Position numbers and translations under genes: made by a program. Shown piece after piece: positions 1 to 10,026 of a stretch of DNA of 64,000 nucleotides; the first letter of the stretch is position 1, and the number at the start of each line of letters is the position of its first letter. The DNA comes from a virus (lineage: Duplodnaviria > Caudoviricetes), in the IMG/VR virus record IMGVR_UViG_3300020050_010116, positions 16,580 through 80,579 of that record; one strand, written 5' to 3'. The notes beneath the pieces are model-generated. The model was given only the letters and a program-made list of their open reading frames with translations. It was not told the origin of the DNA and searched no databases.

Positions 1-99
1 ATCAAAGGAACTCCGGGTTATCAGCAACGATATACCGTACAGATAATGCCGAATATATCGACATTTTCATCTCCAACAAGTTTAACTACAGGATTATAA
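1..99 (+). CDS. 3' end of an upstream gene (partial, runs off window)
   Basis: Frame 1 open from base 1 (IKGTPGYQQRY...LTTGL) to TAA at 97-99, just before the next start at 105. Confidence 0.6.
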   Translation: MKGTPGYQQRYTVQIMPNISTFSSPTSLTTGL

Positions 100-104
100 T
101 TTAA

Positions 105-1967
105 ATGGACTTAACTTTAAAAAGTACTAATAACGATACTTCTCTGTTAAACTTGGTATACAGTGCTCAACTGATTGCTGATACTTTTGCAAAAGGTTTG
201 GAAGATAATAATTGTTTACTTATAAGTACTGTACAGCTTCACCAGAAGATAAATGATACTATAAAGGATGTAACTGATCTTACTGAACCTGTATATAATA
301 CTCCAGAAGAATTGGTTAACAAAGTTACGCTACCTAAAGCTGATTCACTTAATCCTTTAGTTGCAGGCGTTATCCAGAGTTCAAAAGAAAGGTGTTTTAA
401 TTGTAAAGTGAGTCTTCCTAAACTCTCTTTTAAAGGGGATTTAGATTTTTCACTAGATGACATGAAAGCTCATATACAGTTATATAAAGACTTATTTAAT
501 TTTCAAAAGATTAATCCTTGTCAGGCTATTGATATGTTTAAATATCAATGTATTCCTGATGTACTACGCCTTATCGCTTTATTACTCAATGCGTATCTAA
601 TGATTACTAGTTTAAGAAGACTAACTGGCCTTTCACTTAGTGTGTTCATAAAAGGAATTATTTCAGCGTTATTGGGTAAACTGATAGCTTCAGTAAATAT
701 TTCATTAAACTTAGGGCAACTCAATCTTAGCTGTTTTATTGAGTATTTAAATCAGATTCTAGCTGCTATTCCTAGTACTGATAACATAGTAGCTAATTTC
801 ACTTCAGAGCAAATAATCGGTTTGATTGAAGCACTTCCTATAGAAGTTCAAAGAAATCTAATTGCAACCTATCTTGATAACACATACTTAGTGCCAGATG
901 ATGGCCCTTACTATAGTAGGAATACACTGAGTATCTTGGCTTCTAGAATACCAAAGTCAGATCTGTCAGGTTTATTAGAGCTTAATGGTTTTAACACTAG
1001 TGCTACTGATGCGCTAAATAACTTAACTCCTGATCTTAATAAACAAGTTAGTGATGCTTCAACAGAACTAAACACCATTGTTACAGAGAGTACCGCTAAA
1101 GCATCAAACTTAATCGAGAAGTTTAATCAAAGAGCTTTTAAACGTACCGTAAGAGATACTAACGAGGAAATAAAAACAGCACAACAAGGGCTAGACTCTC
1201 TCTTCAAAGATTTAAGTGATACTGTAAATAATGCTGTAGGCACTTTTAACGGGTTCATAGAACAGATACAGTCTTTAAAGGCTTACTTTGAATGCGAGCT
1301 TACTAGATCTTCAGACGACCTCTTAAGTTTAATGACTGAACTGAACAAAGTAATAAAAATGCTTAATCTTTTAAGTTCTGTTGTATACGCCTTAGCTAAA
1401 AAAGATGTAAGAAAGAAATGTCAAAAAGCAAGCGTAGCTAATAAATTATCTACAGGTGCTAAACTGACAGAAGATGAACTACTGTTAAAAGATTTTCTAC
1501 AGGATTTCTATCAAAAACAAGTAGAAATTGTAGCAACTGAAGAAGAGAACATTGAGATATTAGTCTACGAGCGTCCAATCATTACAGGGTTACCCAAGAT
1601 CAGTCTTCTTGACTGTAGCATCGACTCTTTTATAAAAGACCATACTTTAGATGCTGTCGTAGAGAGAGCACTTAAAGACGTACTTGCTGAGACAGAAGAT
1701 AAAAGAAAGATTGTTGATGAACAGCCTTGGGAGTCTTATGTATTTCCAAATCTGACAGGAGGCACTGTTTTTCAAGAAGAGCTTAAAACACTTACAGACA
1801 TTTTATACTCAAAGCCTGACATACCCACAACAAGCTTTGACACAAAACAGTCTTTTAATATAAAACCTAACTACCAAGAGAACAAAAACAATATATTAAA
1901 TAATACAGTTAAATGTACTTCCATTGCTGACGTTCTTAATATACTTGATAATTTAGAGGGGCTGTAA
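105..1967 (+). CDS. Hypothetical protein, probably virion-associated (620 aa)
   Basis: Long ORF; its stop overlaps the portal start (TAATG); Cys pairs (CFNC, CQ..C); no family recognised. Confidence 0.75.
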   Translation: MDLTLKSTNNDTSLLNLVYSAQLIADTFAKGLEDNNCLLISTVQLHQKINDTIKDVTDLTEPVYNTPEELVNKVTLPKADSLNPLVAGVIQSSKERCFNCKVSLPKLSFKGDLDFSLDDMKAHIQLYKDLFNFQKINPCQAIDMFKYQCIPDVLRLIALLLNAYLMITSLRRLTGLSLSVFIKGIISALLGKLIASVNISLNLGQLNLSCFIEYLNQILAAIPSTDNIVANFTSEQIIGLIEALPIEVQRNLIATYLDNTYLVPDDGPYYSRNTLSILASRIPKSDLSGLLELNGFNTSATDALNNLTPDLNKQVSDASTELNTIVTESTAKASNLIEKFNQRAFKRTVRDTNEEIKTAQQGLDSLFKDLSDTVNNAVGTFNGFIEQIQSLKAYFECELTRSSDDLLSLMTELNKVIKMLNLLSSVVYALAKKDVRKKCQKASVANKLSTGAKLTEDELLLKDFLQDFYQKQVEIVATEEENIEILVYERPIITGLPKISLLDCSIDSFIKDHTLDAVVERALKDVLAETEDKRKIVDEQPWESYVFPNLTGGTVFQEELKTLTDILYSKPDIPTTSFDTKQSFNIKPNYQENKNNILNNTVKCTSIADVLNILDNLEGL

Positions 1968-3586
1968 TGTTACTTGAAACAGAATTAAAAAATACACACA
2001 ACACTACCATACTCGATGCTAGTAGAGCCATTACGTTAAGGCCTAGTGCATCACCTAACTTTAGATATATAGTTAGCAGATTAAATGGATTGTCTGCTGA
2101 TTCTTATACAGACATGGAATACGATTTTTCAGAACATGGTCGTATTATAGATACAGATAGTTTAGTCACCAATGCATTTAAAAAGAAGCGCCAAGCGATT
2201 ACCAAGGAAGGTTTTGAACTTGTTTCTAAAAACAAAAGAAACGTAGATTACATTAATAAGAGAATATCTGAGATTGAGTTTGTAACAGGAACATCGTTTG
2301 AGACAATTGTCGAAGAAATTACTGAGAATTTAGTTAACTACAATAATTGCTTTCTTCTTAAGTATAAGAATGAGAAGAACTCTACTGGACGTGTTAGAGA
2401 AGTTGCTAATAAGACTGTCAAACCTATAGCTGGAATATACGTACTAGCTACACCAACTATAGATACAGCTAATAATAAGCAAGGTCAGATAATTCGCTAC
2501 AGACATAGAATTAGCGATTACTACACTAAAATATTTAAAGCAGATGATATCGTACATATTTATCAAAATAAACGTACTGGCATGACTGTAGGAACACCTC
2601 CGTTAGAGTCAGTGAGAGATGATGTGTATACATTAAGAAATATTGAGCAATGCACTGAAACTATGATATACAGAAATGCTTCTCCTTTTATACATGTAAA
2701 AGTAGGCGATAAAGATCAGCCTGCTAGCTTATTACAAGACGGTAGTTCAGAAGTCGATGTGTATTCAGCTATTATTGATAATATGAGTCAGTACGGAGGT
2801 GTAGCGACTCCTCATAGAGTCAATATTGAACTTAAAGGTTCTGAATCTCAAGCACTACGTCTGGAGAGCTATCTGACTTACTTTCAAAATAGAGTGTTAT
2901 CAGGTTTAGGTGTCTCTAAAGTAGATCTATCTATAGGGGACAGTACAACAGGAGGCTCAGCTGCAATTATCTCTCAATCGCTTAAGGATGATGTAAGGGC
3001 TTATCAGAAAACTATTAGTAACTTCATAACTAACGAAATATTTAATGAATTGCTAATGGAGTCCAAATATTACTACGGCAGACTTACTGTGCCTAAAGAA
3101 GAAAAGGTTGTATTTACTTTCATAGAGAATGATATAGACCAAAGAATAAAAATAGAAAGTCACTACTTAAATATGGTGCAGGGCGGACTAGTTACTAAAG
3201 AGTTTGCTATGCAGTTTATTAAAAGCATGGAGAAAAAGGATATCCAACCCGACCCTCCTGTTGAGAAAGGAAGTGTTTCTATTACTAAAAAAACTGGAAG
3301 CACTAGTAATACTTTAAAAACTAACGCTTCTACTCCAAAACGAGCAATCAGAGATAGTGCACTAACATTATATTTTAATAGTAGTGAATCAGATGTAACT
3401 AAGTTAATTACTTATGCACAACAAGAACTATTGCTAACTACTGAATATTATGATATAATTAATAACTTATATAACACAGCTTTAGAAGTCAGAGAAACTC
3501 TGGGTGAAGAGTATGCATATCAACTTATAGAAGAAACATTAGTTGATTTAGCATTAGAGCAAGTATTAATAAATGAGGAGGAATAA
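1967..3586 (+). CDS. Portal protein
   Basis: 539 aa, directly upstream of protease and capsid genes; portal-like segments GMTVGTPPLESVRDD and YLTYFQNRVLSGLGVSKVDLSIGD. Confidence 0.8.
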   Translation: MLLETELKNTHNTTILDASRAITLRPSASPNFRYIVSRLNGLSADSYTDMEYDFSEHGRIIDTDSLVTNAFKKKRQAITKEGFELVSKNKRNVDYINKRISEIEFVTGTSFETIVEEITENLVNYNNCFLLKYKNEKNSTGRVREVANKTVKPIAGIYVLATPTIDTANNKQGQIIRYRHRISDYYTKIFKADDIVHIYQNKRTGMTVGTPPLESVRDDVYTLRNIEQCTETMIYRNASPFIHVKVGDKDQPASLLQDGSSEVDVYSAIIDNMSQYGGVATPHRVNIELKGSESQALRLESYLTYFQNRVLSGLGVSKVDLSIGDSTTGGSAAIISQSLKDDVRAYQKTISNFITNEIFNELLMESKYYYGRLTVPKEEKVVFTFIENDIDQRIKIESHYLNMVQGGLVTKEFAMQFIKSMEKKDIQPDPPVEKGSVSITKKTGSTSNTLKTNASTPKRAIRDSALTLYFNSSESDVTKLITYAQQELLLTTEYYDIINNLYNTALEVRETLGEEYAYQLIEETLVDLALEQVLINEEE

Positions 3587-5298
3587 TGACTCTAAAACTA
3601 CAAGATGATATTCTTTTAAAATATAATAATTTTACTATAAAAGATAGTAAAGGGATTGATAGTTTAAAAGTAAAAATAGAAGCTTCACACGCAGGTATAA
3701 TTAATAAGAATGATGTCTTCTATACCCCAAAGTCTTTAAGACAAGGTTCTGACACATTAGTGAATCCTTATGCTAAGACATTACAAAGAAAACATTATAA
3801 TAAGTCTGTAGGTAAAATAGAAAAATCTTACTATGTTGACACAGTTAGTAAAAATGATGTATACTATAAAGCTATAGAAGAAGCTAAAACTCCTGCTGAC
3901 TTAGTTAATAGTGTAAACACCTATCTACAATCTAGCGTCTATAAGAATTCCAATAAGAAAGGATTAGGTGCTTTGTATATTGAAGGCGTTATTTATGATA
4001 ATTCAAAAATAACTGAATTACAGGATAGAGTGTCAGGACATGTATCTATTGCTGGAGACTCAACCAGAGCTTTCTGTAGTATCTGTGCAAAAACAGCAGG
4101 AACTTGTACACACAAACCTGGAAGTACTTATAACAGAAGAAAAGCATTTATTATTGTTGACTCTTCGGAATTAGATCACGTTAGCTTTGAAGAGCATCCT
4201 GCTGATGATCAAACACATACTTACATATTACAAGATAGTGAAATTTATTCAAGTCTGGATATCTTAGACTTTAACGAAAAAGGACCAAATATGAAATTAA
4301 CTTTAGATGATTTAAAACAAAAATTATCTGACACTAGTTCTCTATTTACTGAATTTAATATTAAACCAGAACTTGAGCTTAAAGACTCTGAGTTTGATTC
4401 AGATTATTTAGTTGATAAACTATTGCCACTTACTACCCCTCAAGCTCTTTATATTGCTTCTAAATTAGTACTAGAATTACAAGATTCAGAAGATAAAGAT
4501 TTCCTTACTGATAAAGTAACTGCTCAAATGGAGAAAGTACTTGAAGGAAAAACTCTTGAAGAGATTGAAGCAACTATTTTAGCTGTTGCTGCGCCTGAAG
4601 AGCCTACTGTTGATCCTGTAGTTACAGAGCCAGTGTTAGCAGCACCTGTTGATACATCAAAAGAAGAAGTGTTGCTACAACTTAAAACACTAGCAACACA
4701 ATTAAGTGAACTTTCAACTAGTGTACTCTCTCTTAAAGACAGTGCTAGTGCAAAACAAGGTACTTTAGTTCAAAAAGAATTAACTATGCTTCGCAGCGAC
4801 TCTGCATTAAAAGATAAAATAATTAGTAACTTGACTGCAGAATTAAAAACTGCTATACTAGATCAAGTAGTTACTAAGATTAAAGATTCTGCTAAAAAAG
4901 ATCAGTTTTTAACTCAAGTTGCTGATAAATCTCTGGCAGAAGTTAAAACTGCAATTGCAATTCTGGATTGTTATTTGGAAGATACTCCTGTAGTAGAGCC
5001 AGAACAAAAACCAATCGCTATTCAAGATAACGCTTTAAACACACCGGAACCAGAGCTTGTGCCTGTTCCTGTTGCTACAGCAATTCTTGACTCAGCTACA
5101 AAAACAGATGAAGAATTAGCTGCTGAAGAGAAAAACAAAGTAGTTGAATCTTATGTTGAAAAATTAGAGATTAAAGATAGTGTTCTTAGTAGAAAAAGCT
5201 TTGAAACCACTTTCAAAGAAATTGTACGAGATCATGGTTTAGATGTGGCTCGCGACTTTTCAAATCAAATTAAAGATAAAAAATATAGCATTAAATAA
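3586..5298 (+). CDS. Prohead protease fused to acidic/coiled-coil scaffold
   Basis: N-terminal half has H..N.ND.FY, HVSIAG, FCSIC..C.H, ELDHVSF...PAD pattern of phage maturation proteases; C-terminal half is Glu/Pro/Lys-rich and scaffold-like; lies between portal and capsid genes. Confidence 0.8.
   Translation: MTLKLQDDILLKYNNFTIKDSKGIDSLKVKIEASHAGIINKNDVFYTPKSLRQGSDTLVNPYAKTLQRKHYNKSVGKIEKSYYVDTVSKNDVYYKAIEEAKTPADLVNSVNTYLQSSVYKNSNKKGLGALYIEGVIYDNSKITELQDRVSGHVSIAGDSTRAFCSICAKTAGTCTHKPGSTYNRRKAFIIVDSSELDHVSFEEHPADDQTHTYILQDSEIYSSLDILDFNEKGPNMKLTLDDLKQKLSDTSSLFTEFNIKPELELKDSEFDSDYLVDKLLPLTTPQALYIASKLVLELQDSEDKDFLTDKVTAQMEKVLEGKTLEEIEATILAVAAPEEPTVDPVVTEPVLAAPVDTSKEEVLLQLKTLATQLSELSTSVLSLKDSASAKQGTLVQKELTMLRSDSALKDKIISNLTAELKTAILDQVVTKIKDSAKKDQFLTQVADKSLAEVKTAIAILDCYLEDTPVVEPEQKPIAIQDNALNTPEPELVPVPVATAILDSATKTDEELAAEEKNKVVESYVEKLEIKDSVLSRKSFETTFKEIVRDHGLDVARDFSNQIKDKKYSIK
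4291..5298 (+). CDS. Putative nested in-frame scaffold protein (internal start at Met236)
   Basis: AAAGGACCAAAT-ATG at 4279-4293 resembles the RBS+AAAT-ATG context of real starts (5316, 6301, 11132) and falls at the protease/scaffold boundary. Confidence 0.5.
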   Translation: MKLTLDDLKQKLSDTSSLFTEFNIKPELELKDSEFDSDYLVDKLLPLTTPQALYIASKLVLELQDSEDKDFLTDKVTAQMEKVLEGKTLEEIEATILAVAAPEEPTVDPVVTEPVLAAPVDTSKEEVLLQLKTLATQLSELSTSVLSLKDSASAKQGTLVQKELTMLRSDSALKDKIISNLTAELKTAILDQVVTKIKDSAKKDQFLTQVADKSLAEVKTAIAILDCYLEDTPVVEPEQKPIAIQDNALNTPEPELVPVPVATAILDSATKTDEELAAEEKNKVVESYVEKLEIKDSVLSRKSFETTFKEIVRDHGLDVARDFSNQIKDKKYSIK

Positions 5299-5315
5299 TT
5301 TGGAGATATTCAAAT

Positions 5316-6266
5316 ATGCAGACTTATGATAGCTTTGCTAACGGTACAGTAAATCGTGCAGGATTCGAGCACTACAAAATTCAACACGTACCAAACAACA
5401 GCTTCAGCGATGGTATTGCACCCGCTGGTCGTCACGTTGTAGCCCCTTACCTACCACTACTTCGTTATAATGATGAGAAATTTACTCATGTTGTTATTTC
5501 AAGTGGTAAGATCGTAGCCAAAGACTCCCGTGGTGGTGTAGTTCCAGCAGGCTTACGTTTTGAAGCTGAAGCTTATGCTACTGCTCTTGCAACTTCTGTT
5601 GCTGCTGCAGATGCTCAGGCATTAGTACGTTACACAGCATTAGATGTTGCTAACGGCATTAAAAACTTTAAAGGTATTTTAGTTACAGCTAATGAGCCAG
5701 TTGTTAAATCATTCTTCACCGGTAATACTTTAGACAATGAAATCTCTTTCTATGTTGGTGTTGCCCAGTATGATATTTTCCAACACGCTGGTGGTGATAA
5801 TTCAAACCCAACTCAGTTGAACTACACTAACTTTAACATTCAACCAAACATTTCATTCATGTGCGATTATCATCAACAATACCCTGTTGTAAAAGATGTA
5901 GCTACTATGCGTACTGCACCTCTTGCTGGTATTGCTGCTATGGTCGCTGATTTGGGCACCTATTCATACGGTTCTTTCGTAACCTATGATCGTGAATCAA
6001 ACTTCGTACCTTGTGCTAAACACGGTTTTGGTAGTGTTAATATGGCTGCTGTTGTTGGTCAAATCACTGACTTTACCCAATTTAAAAATCCTAACACCGG
6101 TGCTGTTGTTGGTAACCATAACTTCTTGGATAAGATTGTTGCACCTAATGCTGCTACTGCAAATGCATTAAATGCACTTCCAAACTCACAGAATGACGGT
6201 CTAGGTACTTTTATTATTAAATCAAATGGATACGCAATGGTAGAATTTGGATTGCACTTCCGTTAA
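5316..6266 (+). CDS. Head decoration/minor capsid protein
   Basis: 316 aa between protease and MCP, GGAG RBS, strongly T-ending highly expressed codon bias like the MCP. Confidence 0.65.
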   Translation: MQTYDSFANGTVNRAGFEHYKIQHVPNNSFSDGIAPAGRHVVAPYLPLLRYNDEKFTHVVISSGKIVAKDSRGGVVPAGLRFEAEAYATALATSVAAADAQALVRYTALDVANGIKNFKGILVTANEPVVKSFFTGNTLDNEISFYVGVAQYDIFQHAGGDNSNPTQLNYTNFNIQPNISFMCDYHQQYPVVKDVATMRTAPLAGIAAMVADLGTYSYGSFVTYDRESNFVPCAKHGFGSVNMAAVVGQITDFTQFKNPNTGAVVGNHNFLDKIVAPNAATANALNALPNSQNDGLGTFIIKSNGYAMVEFGLHFR

Positions 6267-6300
6267 TTCTTAACTAAATAATTACAAGGAAAAATAAAAT

Positions 6301-7491
6301 ATGAAATATGAAGATTTACGTCAGCTTGTAAAAACAGGTGGTTCTTTATTTGATGAGGCCACTCAGAGTGAAATTCGTTATTCTTTGAAAGATGCTGTTG
6401 CTACTCCTGATGCTCCTCAACACTTAATGCGCGTATATACCGAAGTTGTTCAAGAAGCTATTGAAATGCAAATGGTAGGTCAACGTCTAATTCGCACTAT
6501 GCGTTTTGAAGATGTGATGGGTGAGTCAGTAACCTACAAGTGGATTGGTGCTGGTAACATTCCTAACGTTGATCGTGCAGAGAGTGGCGAATACCCAGAA
6601 TTCTCAATCGCTGTTGGTCAAAGCTCAAACATTCGCGCTCAATTCCGTCAATGTGGTCTTGTTGTTAAAGTTACTCGTGAACAAATTGATCAAGGTCAGT
6701 GGGATGTAATCCGTGTTCACATTACTGAAGCAGCTAAGGCTCTTGCTCGTGCTAAAGAAAAGCGTATCTTTGAATTGTTTGACAGTCAAGGTGTTGTAGT
6801 TTTTGATAACGATACTCCTGCCGGTTCAATCAAAGGTGTTTGTACTGGTCGTGACCGTTTCGGTGTTAAGAATGGTGCTATCACTCAAGAAGATTTGTTC
6901 GACATGTATTGTCAAGGTCTTGCTAATGGTTATAACCCTAATGTAATCTTAATGCACCCACTTGCATTCCCGATCTTCCAAAAAGATCCTATTCTACGTA
7001 ATGCTGGTTATAACATGTATAATCCACGTGAGTTCATTAATAGTCAATTGAATCCAATCAATTCCTATAAGAACGGCACTATTGATACATGGCGTAGTCA
7101 ACAACGTATGGCTTCAGGTAAAGGTCAACGTTTGACTAACAAAGAGATTGAACTTACCACTACTGGTTTCAACAGCTTACCAAGCTACAGTCCATTAGCA
7201 GGTGTTACAATTGTTACCTCGCACTTAGTACCGTTTGATCGTATTAATCAAACTACTTCAATTCTCATGATTGATACTGAGTCCTCAGGTGTTCTTAACG
7301 TTAAAGCTCCTTTAACTGTTGATTCATGGGAAGAGCAGACTCGTGAGATCATTGCCGTACGTTTGAAAGAATCATACAGTATTGATGTAATTGATGGTGG
7401 TTTAGGTATTCTTGTTGCTAAGAATATTCCTCTAGTACCTAACGAATTGTTTATCAACCCACAAGTTGTTATTAACGATTTAACTGACTAA
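6301..7491 (+). CDS. Major capsid protein (HK97 fold)
   Basis: 396 aa; AESGEYPE, GLVVKVTREQID, AKALARAKEKRIF and PNVILMHP motifs typical of HK97-fold MCPs; followed by a terminator. Confidence 0.88.
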   Translation: MKYEDLRQLVKTGGSLFDEATQSEIRYSLKDAVATPDAPQHLMRVYTEVVQEAIEMQMVGQRLIRTMRFEDVMGESVTYKWIGAGNIPNVDRAESGEYPEFSIAVGQSSNIRAQFRQCGLVVKVTREQIDQGQWDVIRVHITEAAKALARAKEKRIFELFDSQGVVVFDNDTPAGSIKGVCTGRDRFGVKNGAITQEDLFDMYCQGLANGYNPNVILMHPLAFPIFQKDPILRNAGYNMYNPREFINSQLNPINSYKNGTIDTWRSQQRMASGKGQRLTNKEIELTTTGFNSLPSYSPLAGVTIVTSHLVPFDRINQTTSILMIDTESSGVLNVKAPLTVDSWEEQTREIIAVRLKESYSIDVIDGGLGILVAKNIPLVPNELFINPQVVINDLTD

Positions 7492-7507
7492 TAAAAATAA
7501 TTTATGT

Positions 7508-7544
7508 GTGGGAGGGTTCTTCTTGTCGCCCTCCCCACTTTTTT
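7508..7544 (+). terminator. Rho-independent terminator after MCP
   Basis: GTGGGAGGG...CCCTCCCCAC stem (one bulge) followed by TTTTTT. Confidence 0.75.
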
Positions 7545-7552
7545 AGGAATAT

Positions 7553-7921
7553 ATGATGCTGAAATTAGAAATTAAAAAATACTCTTTCTTCTACTGTGGT
7601 GATATTGCCTTGTCGAAGAAAAGCAAACCTACTATTGAACTCGATATTGATAAACTTGAAGATAAAATTGTAAAAGGCCTTTTACGTGCTATTGCTACTA
7701 GTGCTATCGACTGTACTGTAGGTTATGAAGACTTGCTAAAAAGAGCTGATAAAGTACTTAAAGATGAAGAAGAAAAGGTAGTCGAAGATGATGCAGCCAA
7801 AGAAAAAGAAAACGAAGAAACCCAAAAAAGTGAAGATGTAGTTTCCTCTGAACCTGCTGAAGAAGTTTCTCAAGTTGAAGATAAACCAACTCCAGCTAAA
7901 CGTACACGTACTAGTAAATAA
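7553..7921 (+). CDS. Hypothetical head-associated protein with acidic low-complexity tail
   Basis: 122 aa, AGGA RBS, position directly after MCP. Confidence 0.7.
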   Translation: MMLKLEIKKYSFFYCGDIALSKKSKPTIELDIDKLEDKIVKGLLRAIATSAIDCTVGYEDLLKRADKVLKDEEEKVVEDDAAKEKENEETQKSEDVVSSEPAEEVSQVEDKPTPAKRTRTSK

Positions 7922-7946
7922 TATCAAACTTAAAGGGTTTTAGTAT

Positions 7947-8999
7947 ATGAGCTTAACACTTTTAAATCAAATTGAAGAACTCAACTCATTCCCTGTTACT
8001 CAAAAAATATTCTTAAAATCTGCAAGCCAGCTAGAAAGTTCAGATTTTAAGAATACAATCCTTTTATTCGACATTCCTAGAAAGGATGCTTTACTTAACT
8101 TAGCTAAACCTCATTCTTTTAATTTGGGTTTAGTATCGCGTCAGTATCAAACAGTCTCTCTGGATTATAGGCAAGTACCTGTTGACAATTACTACACAAT
8201 AGAGGTAACTCCTCAAAAACCTTTAGAGTTAAGCTCCAGTTACTTATTGTACATTGATAGCGCTTTGTCTACCCCTTTTGTTATTAAAAATAAGCTGGTA
8301 AGTAAAAGTAATTCTGATATTATTGTTAGCGTAGTAAGTTCTAATGTTAACAGAGATATTCTTTTAAATATTAAAATACTAAGTACTTCTAAGATAACTT
8401 CTAATTCTAATCATGTAAAAATTGAATTGACTTATGATGGAAGTATTACAACAAAAGTACTTAATTTATTTAATAGTGACACTATAGAATTAAATCAAAC
8501 AATTATACAGTTTCCTTCTAAAGTATATCTTGAAGGAGAAGAGTTTAATTTTGTTATACAAGAACGTTACTCTGTAGATAATAGCCCAAGTACTTATATA
8601 ATTAACACTGTAGATGATCTTAAGATACTCCCTAGATTAAATACACAAGAAACTTCCAGTGAGATATCAAATCAAGATATTTTAGATTTTTATAATAATG
8701 TTGATACTCCTCCTGTTGAAGTTACTTATGATATTGTCTACACGGATTTAAATCAATTTGAAATAAGACTACCCGCTTTTGTTAATAAATTAGACGTAGA
8801 TATAAATAACGTTAAAGCAAATATTAGTAAGGCTTTCAATAACTATCTAATCCAGAATCTTGGGCTTTATGAAGACTCTAATAAATACTTGTTAAAACTT
8901 ATATGGGATGAAGATTCAAAGAGTATCATTGTAGTAGTACTCTACAATGAGGACTCACTTGTCAATGATCGTATTACTATTGACTTAGGAGATTGGTGA
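7947..8999 (+). CDS. Hypothetical virion protein, possible Ig-like beta-sandwich domains
   Basis: 350 aa, beta-rich; IEVTPQKPLELSSSYLLYI resembles Ig-like (SbsA/Big_5-type) strands. Confidence 0.6.
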   Translation: MSLTLLNQIEELNSFPVTQKIFLKSASQLESSDFKNTILLFDIPRKDALLNLAKPHSFNLGLVSRQYQTVSLDYRQVPVDNYYTIEVTPQKPLELSSSYLLYIDSALSTPFVIKNKLVSKSNSDIIVSVVSSNVNRDILLNIKILSTSKITSNSNHVKIELTYDGSITTKVLNLFNSDTIELNQTIIQFPSKVYLEGEEFNFVIQERYSVDNSPSTYIINTVDDLKILPRLNTQETSSEISNQDILDFYNNVDTPPVEVTYDIVYTDLNQFEIRLPAFVNKLDVDINNVKANISKAFNNYLIQNLGLYEDSNKYLLKLIWDEDSKSIIVVVLYNEDSLVNDRITIDLGDW

Positions 9000-9361
9000 T
9001 GCTTACTGTACATAAAAGTACTGATACTACTTACGGAAGTATTGCTACGAAATTACTAACAAGTAATTTCATACTGGAGGGTGCTTACCAACTCTTATAT
9101 ATTAAGAATTCAAGTGACAGCTCTATAACTATACTAGAAGTCAGCGTTTTAAGTCCTCTTGATATTAGTGTAGCAAATGCAACTGGATTTGATCTTTTAG
9201 ATCCTTTGCTAATTAACTCCAATTTTACTTACAGTAGTTCTACTAATCCTGTAGTGTCGTTATTACCTAACGAGTCCTTACCTGTTATGCTAAAAGCAGA
9301 CATAAATGAATTAGTTGAGCATGCTAAAAATAATGTTACTTTGGAGGTAGCTCACGTATGA
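8993..9361 (+). CDS. Hypothetical virion protein
   Basis: 122-aa ORF overlapping neighbours, GGAG RBS. Confidence 0.65.
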   Translation: MVMLTVHKSTDTTYGSIATKLLTSNFILEGAYQLLYIKNSSDSSITILEVSVLSPLDISVANATGFDLLDPLLINSNFTYSSSTNPVVSLLPNESLPVMLKADINELVEHAKNNVTLEVAHV

Positions 9362-10026
9362 ATATAAATTTAAAATTAGATATCCCTATGTTTAATTATC
9401 CAACTTTAAAAGTTAAAACGAACCTGTTACTCTATCCTTACTTTTGTACTGAAGATGATGTTTTAAATCCTTTTGAAGATTTTAACGAAGATAAGAATTT
9501 TATAAGAAAAATCATATTTGATAATTCAATCAGAGTTATGAATAAAACTAAGTTAATTGAGAAGTTAGGAATTGTTGATGAAATAACATTATTTAGTCTT
9601 AGACGTGAATACACCATTTGTCTCAGTTCTCATGATGTTGTTAAAAAACTTAAAGCTGACTTTGTTGCTACTTTAAGTAGAGCTAAATCTTTAGGTGATT
9701 TCTCAGTACGTACTACTAAGAAAACAGATACGATAGTCTTAGAGAGAATCCTCAGAGACAGTCGTGCTTGTATTTTAGAGTATGGAGATCTTATTCAAGA
9801 GATAGAATCTAGTCGTGTAGTACCAAGAACTTTCATTAAAGGTATAAATAATCCTAACAGTGTGGAGAGTGCTGGACGTTTGTGGTGGTTATCGGAAATG
9901 CATCCAAATATTAAGGATGCTTATGCTTCATCTAAGTATATCTACAATAACAAAAAATATAAAGCAGGAAATTTTCAAATAAAGGAAGAGTATGTTCCAG
10001 AATCCAGAGTTGAACCTGAGTACTGA
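9358..10026 (+). CDS. Putative head-tail adaptor/neck protein
   Basis: 222 aa, ATGA-coupled; RAKSLGDFSV motif and position in the head-to-tail block. Confidence 0.55.
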   Translation: MNINLKLDIPMFNYPTLKVKTNLLLYPYFCTEDDVLNPFEDFNEDKNFIRKIIFDNSIRVMNKTKLIEKLGIVDEITLFSLRREYTICLSSHDVVKKLKADFVATLSRAKSLGDFSVRTTKKTDTIVLERILRDSRACILEYGDLIQEIESSRVVPRTFIKGINNPNSVESAGRLWWLSEMHPNIKDAYASSKYIYNNKKYKAGNFQIKEEYVPESRVEPEY

